Source: a virus
Reading direction: 5' to 3' (one strand)
DNA length: 61,265 nucleotides
Virus record (IMG/VR): IMGVR_UViG_3300045988_080771
Span: 1 to 61,265 of that record
Position numbers and translations under genes: made by a program. This document shows, one piece after another, positions 59,890 through 61,265 of this stretch. The notes beneath the pieces were generated by a model. It had not been told where the DNA came from. It was given only the letters and a program-made list of their open reading frames with translations, and did no database searches. Every line of letters starts with the position of its first letter. Within the stretch, counting starts at the first letter, position 1.

Positions 59890-60155
59890 CGGATAATGAT
59901 TTTGAGAATGACAAAGATGAAACTCCCGATATTCGCGGACTCTTTGGGATGACTGACAAAGGCTATAATATTCTGAAGTGGATCGTTCAGTATATTCTGC
60001 CGGCTTTGAATACTCTTATTCTGGCTCTTGGTTCCATTTGGAATTGGGATGCGACTGTTCCGATTGCAGCTACCATTGCTGCATTTGATGTGTTCCTTGG
60101 AGTCATTCTGGGGATTAGTTCCAGTCAGTATAAGAAGAATCTTGCAGATAACTGA
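59886..60155 (+). CDS. holin-like membrane protein (89 aa, 2 TM helices)
   Basis: ILKWIVQYILPALNTLILALGSIW and IAATIAAFDVFLGVILGI; overlaps the upstream stop (ATGA). Confidence 0.45.
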   Translation: MTDNDFENDKDETPDIRGLFGMTDKGYNILKWIVQYILPALNTLILALGSIWNWDATVPIAATIAAFDVFLGVILGISSSQYKKNLADN

Positions 60156-60156
60156 T

Positions 60157-60184
60157 TCGTGAAAAAATCCTTTCATATAATGAA
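60157..60184 (+). promoter_or_regulatory. PE-17 (TCGTGA variant with a TATAAT -10)
   Basis: tcgtgaaaaaatcctttcatataatgaa; ATG at 60196. Confidence 0.5.
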
Positions 60185-60195
60185 AGGAGTCTATC

Positions 60196-60441
60196 ATGAC
60201 TAAAAACATTAAAAAACACTTTATCCATTTGACTATCAAGTCTTGGTTTAAGGATATTTATCCGGATGTATTTACAACACTGGAAACCTATCTGGATTCC
60301 AATCCTGATGTCTATGCATATTCAGTTGATGAAATCCCGATGTGTAAATCTGGAACATGCATCCTACGATACGATATCCTCTGTGATAACCAACAAGCTG
60401 GTTACATTATGGACGATTTAAAGTGGTTCTTAAATAAGTAA
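60196..60441 (+). CDS. hypothetical early protein (81 aa)
   Basis: RBS gaaaggag; ORF track. Confidence 0.7.
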   Translation: MTKNIKKHFIHLTIKSWFKDIYPDVFTTLETYLDSNPDVYAYSVDEIPMCKSGTCILRYDILCDNQQAGYIMDDLKWFLNK

Positions 60442-60463
60442 TCTGTTGATTCCTACAGTCATT

Positions 60464-60500
60464 AAGAGCTCGTGATAAAATCATGGGCTCTTATTTTTTT
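60464..60500 (+). terminator. intrinsic terminator (AGAGCTCRTGA family)
   Basis: aagagctcgtga-taaaa-tcatgggctctt followed by a T8 run. Confidence 0.8.
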
Positions 60501-60502
60501 CT

Positions 60503-60530
60503 TCGCGTTAAAATCATAGCTTATAATGAA
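60503..60530 (+). promoter_or_regulatory. PE-18 (drives the tRNA-like RNA)
   Basis: tcgcgttaaaatcatagcttataatgaa. Confidence 0.55.
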
Positions 60531-60532
60531 AA

Positions 60533-60627
60533 GAATGTGTTAAGCAGACATAATCACACAAAGGAAATTGTAAGTCAAGACCTAGCAATAGGCCGTCTGA
60601 TTCCAGGTTCGAACCCTGGCACATTTT
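60533..60627 (+). ncRNA. tRNA-like small RNA (acceptor stem + canonical T-arm; no canonical D or anticodon arms)
   Basis: 7-bp stem gaatgtg (60533-39) / cacattt (60620-26). T-arm ccagg-ttcgaac-cctgg (60603-19). Internal helix cagac (60545-49) / gtctg (60595-99). GCAA-loop hairpin ccta-gcaa-tagg (60581-92). No ORF or RBS. Confidence 0.5.
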
Positions 60628-60630
60628 TAG

Positions 60631-60675
60631 CCCAATTGTAGAATCAAATAGATTATACATTGGGTTTATTTTTTC
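60631..60675 (+). terminator. intrinsic terminator after the tRNA-like RNA
   Basis: cccaat(t)gta ... tacattggg followed by tttatttttt. Confidence 0.65.
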
Positions 60676-60676
60676 T

Positions 60677-60704
60677 TCGCATCAAAAACATCGCATATAA
60701 TGAA
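60677..60704 (+). promoter_or_regulatory. PE-19 (TCGCAT variant with a TATAAT -10)
   Basis: tcgcatcaaaaacatcgcatataatgaa; ATG at 60729. Confidence 0.5.
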
Positions 60705-60728
60705 AGGAAAACTTTAAAAGGAGTTATC

Positions 60729-61100
60729 ATGAACGACATTTATGCAAACATTGTCATCACCGACATCAAAACCGGAGAGATTATATCTCAAGATCGAATC
60801 GGTTGGAACCTGGTGGCTAATGCTTTCGTAATTGGTCACAATTGGATTGCCAATCAATTCAATGAACAAATTGATTCTTGGAATTCAGAATTCGATAAAA
60901 ATCACCCAAATATTAGTGATTATGCGAATAATGAAGAATATGAACAGTTTATCATTGAACATTGGAATAAAATTGTTGACCAGTACAACGAAGCAATGGC
61001 TGGATATGGTTCAACTGCCAAATTCGAAATCGAAGATCTCAACGAAGTGATGTTTGATGGCTTTGGCCATAAAGTAGAAATGAAACTTATAATGAAGTAA
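60729..61100 (+). CDS. hypothetical early protein (123 aa)
   Basis: Internal ATG 7 nt after aaaggag. The track start at 60660 would lie inside the terminator and promoter. Confidence 0.7.
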   Translation: MNDIYANIVITDIKTGEIISQDRIGWNLVANAFVIGHNWIANQFNEQIDSWNSEFDKNHPNISDYANNEEYEQFIIEHWNKIVDQYNEAMAGYGSTAKFEIEDLNEVMFDGFGHKVEMKLIMK

Positions 61101-61115
61101 TCATTTTCAACCAAT

Positions 61116-61160
61116 AAAGAACTCGTGACAAAATCATGGGTTCTTTATTTTTTTTTTTAT
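61116..61160 (+). terminator. intrinsic terminator (AGAGCTCRTGA family)
   Basis: aaagaactcgtga-caaaa-tcatgggttcttt followed by a+T11; the T-run is the same sequence as positions 1-12. Confidence 0.8.
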
Positions 61161-61265
61161 GCCTCGCGAAAGAAACATGGTTTTTAATGAAAAAGTAAAC
61201 TACTATAAAAGGAGTTATTATGACTTGTAATCTTGACACTGGACATGATTTTATCGAAGTTCAGA
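61147..61265. repeat. second copy of the terminal overlap (contains the PE-1 duplicate at 61164-61191 and the first 46 nt of the gene at 74)
   Basis: Identical to 1-119. Confidence 0.95.

Noticed and set aside
60603-60626. tRNA 3'-end fragment as a phage attachment site (attP)
   Set aside because: No tyrosine or serine recombinase, excisionase or repressor was recognised anywhere in the genome. The complementary 5' acceptor strand is present upstream, so a folded RNA is the better explanation. attP cannot be formally excluded.

Overview
The window is one complete phage genome of 61,146 bp. Bases 1-119 repeat at 61147-61265, so it was assembled as a circle or has a short terminal repeat. All credible genes lie on the + strand. 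Strong AGGAG ribosome-binding sites, a lipobox lipoprotein and an amidase_2 + 2xSH3b lysin point to a Gram-positive (Firmicutes-like) host. No integrase or repressor was recognised.

Layout:
- **Early region** (about 59.9 kb, wrapping through 1, to about 7.3 kb): single small genes, many encoding membrane miniproteins. Each sits between a hairpin terminator and a conserved 28-nt promoter-like motif (TCGCGA-N13-CTTAATGAA), present in 20 copies.
- **Replication and nucleotide module** (7.4-24.2 kb): an SF3 helicase-primase fused to a PolB exonuclease domain, a separately encoded PolB polymerase half, thyA, an SSB-like protein, an SNF2-like helicase, nucleases and an HNH homing endonuclease.
- **RNA polymerase candidate**: a 991-aa protein carrying both hallmark motifs of double-psi-beta-barrel RNA polymerases.
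- **Repeat-rich non-coding region** (27.6-28.3 kb): a candidate ori or cos site.
- **Siphovirus-type late operon**: HNH, TerL, portal, a protease-capsid fusion, major tail protein, a 2653-aa tape measure and tail fibres.

The main leads are the single-chain RNAP candidate together with the promoter array, an N-terminal leader it shares with three head-module proteins, the split PolB, a probable -1 frameshift that adds an Ig-like domain to the capsid protein, and a promoter-driven tRNA-like small RNA.
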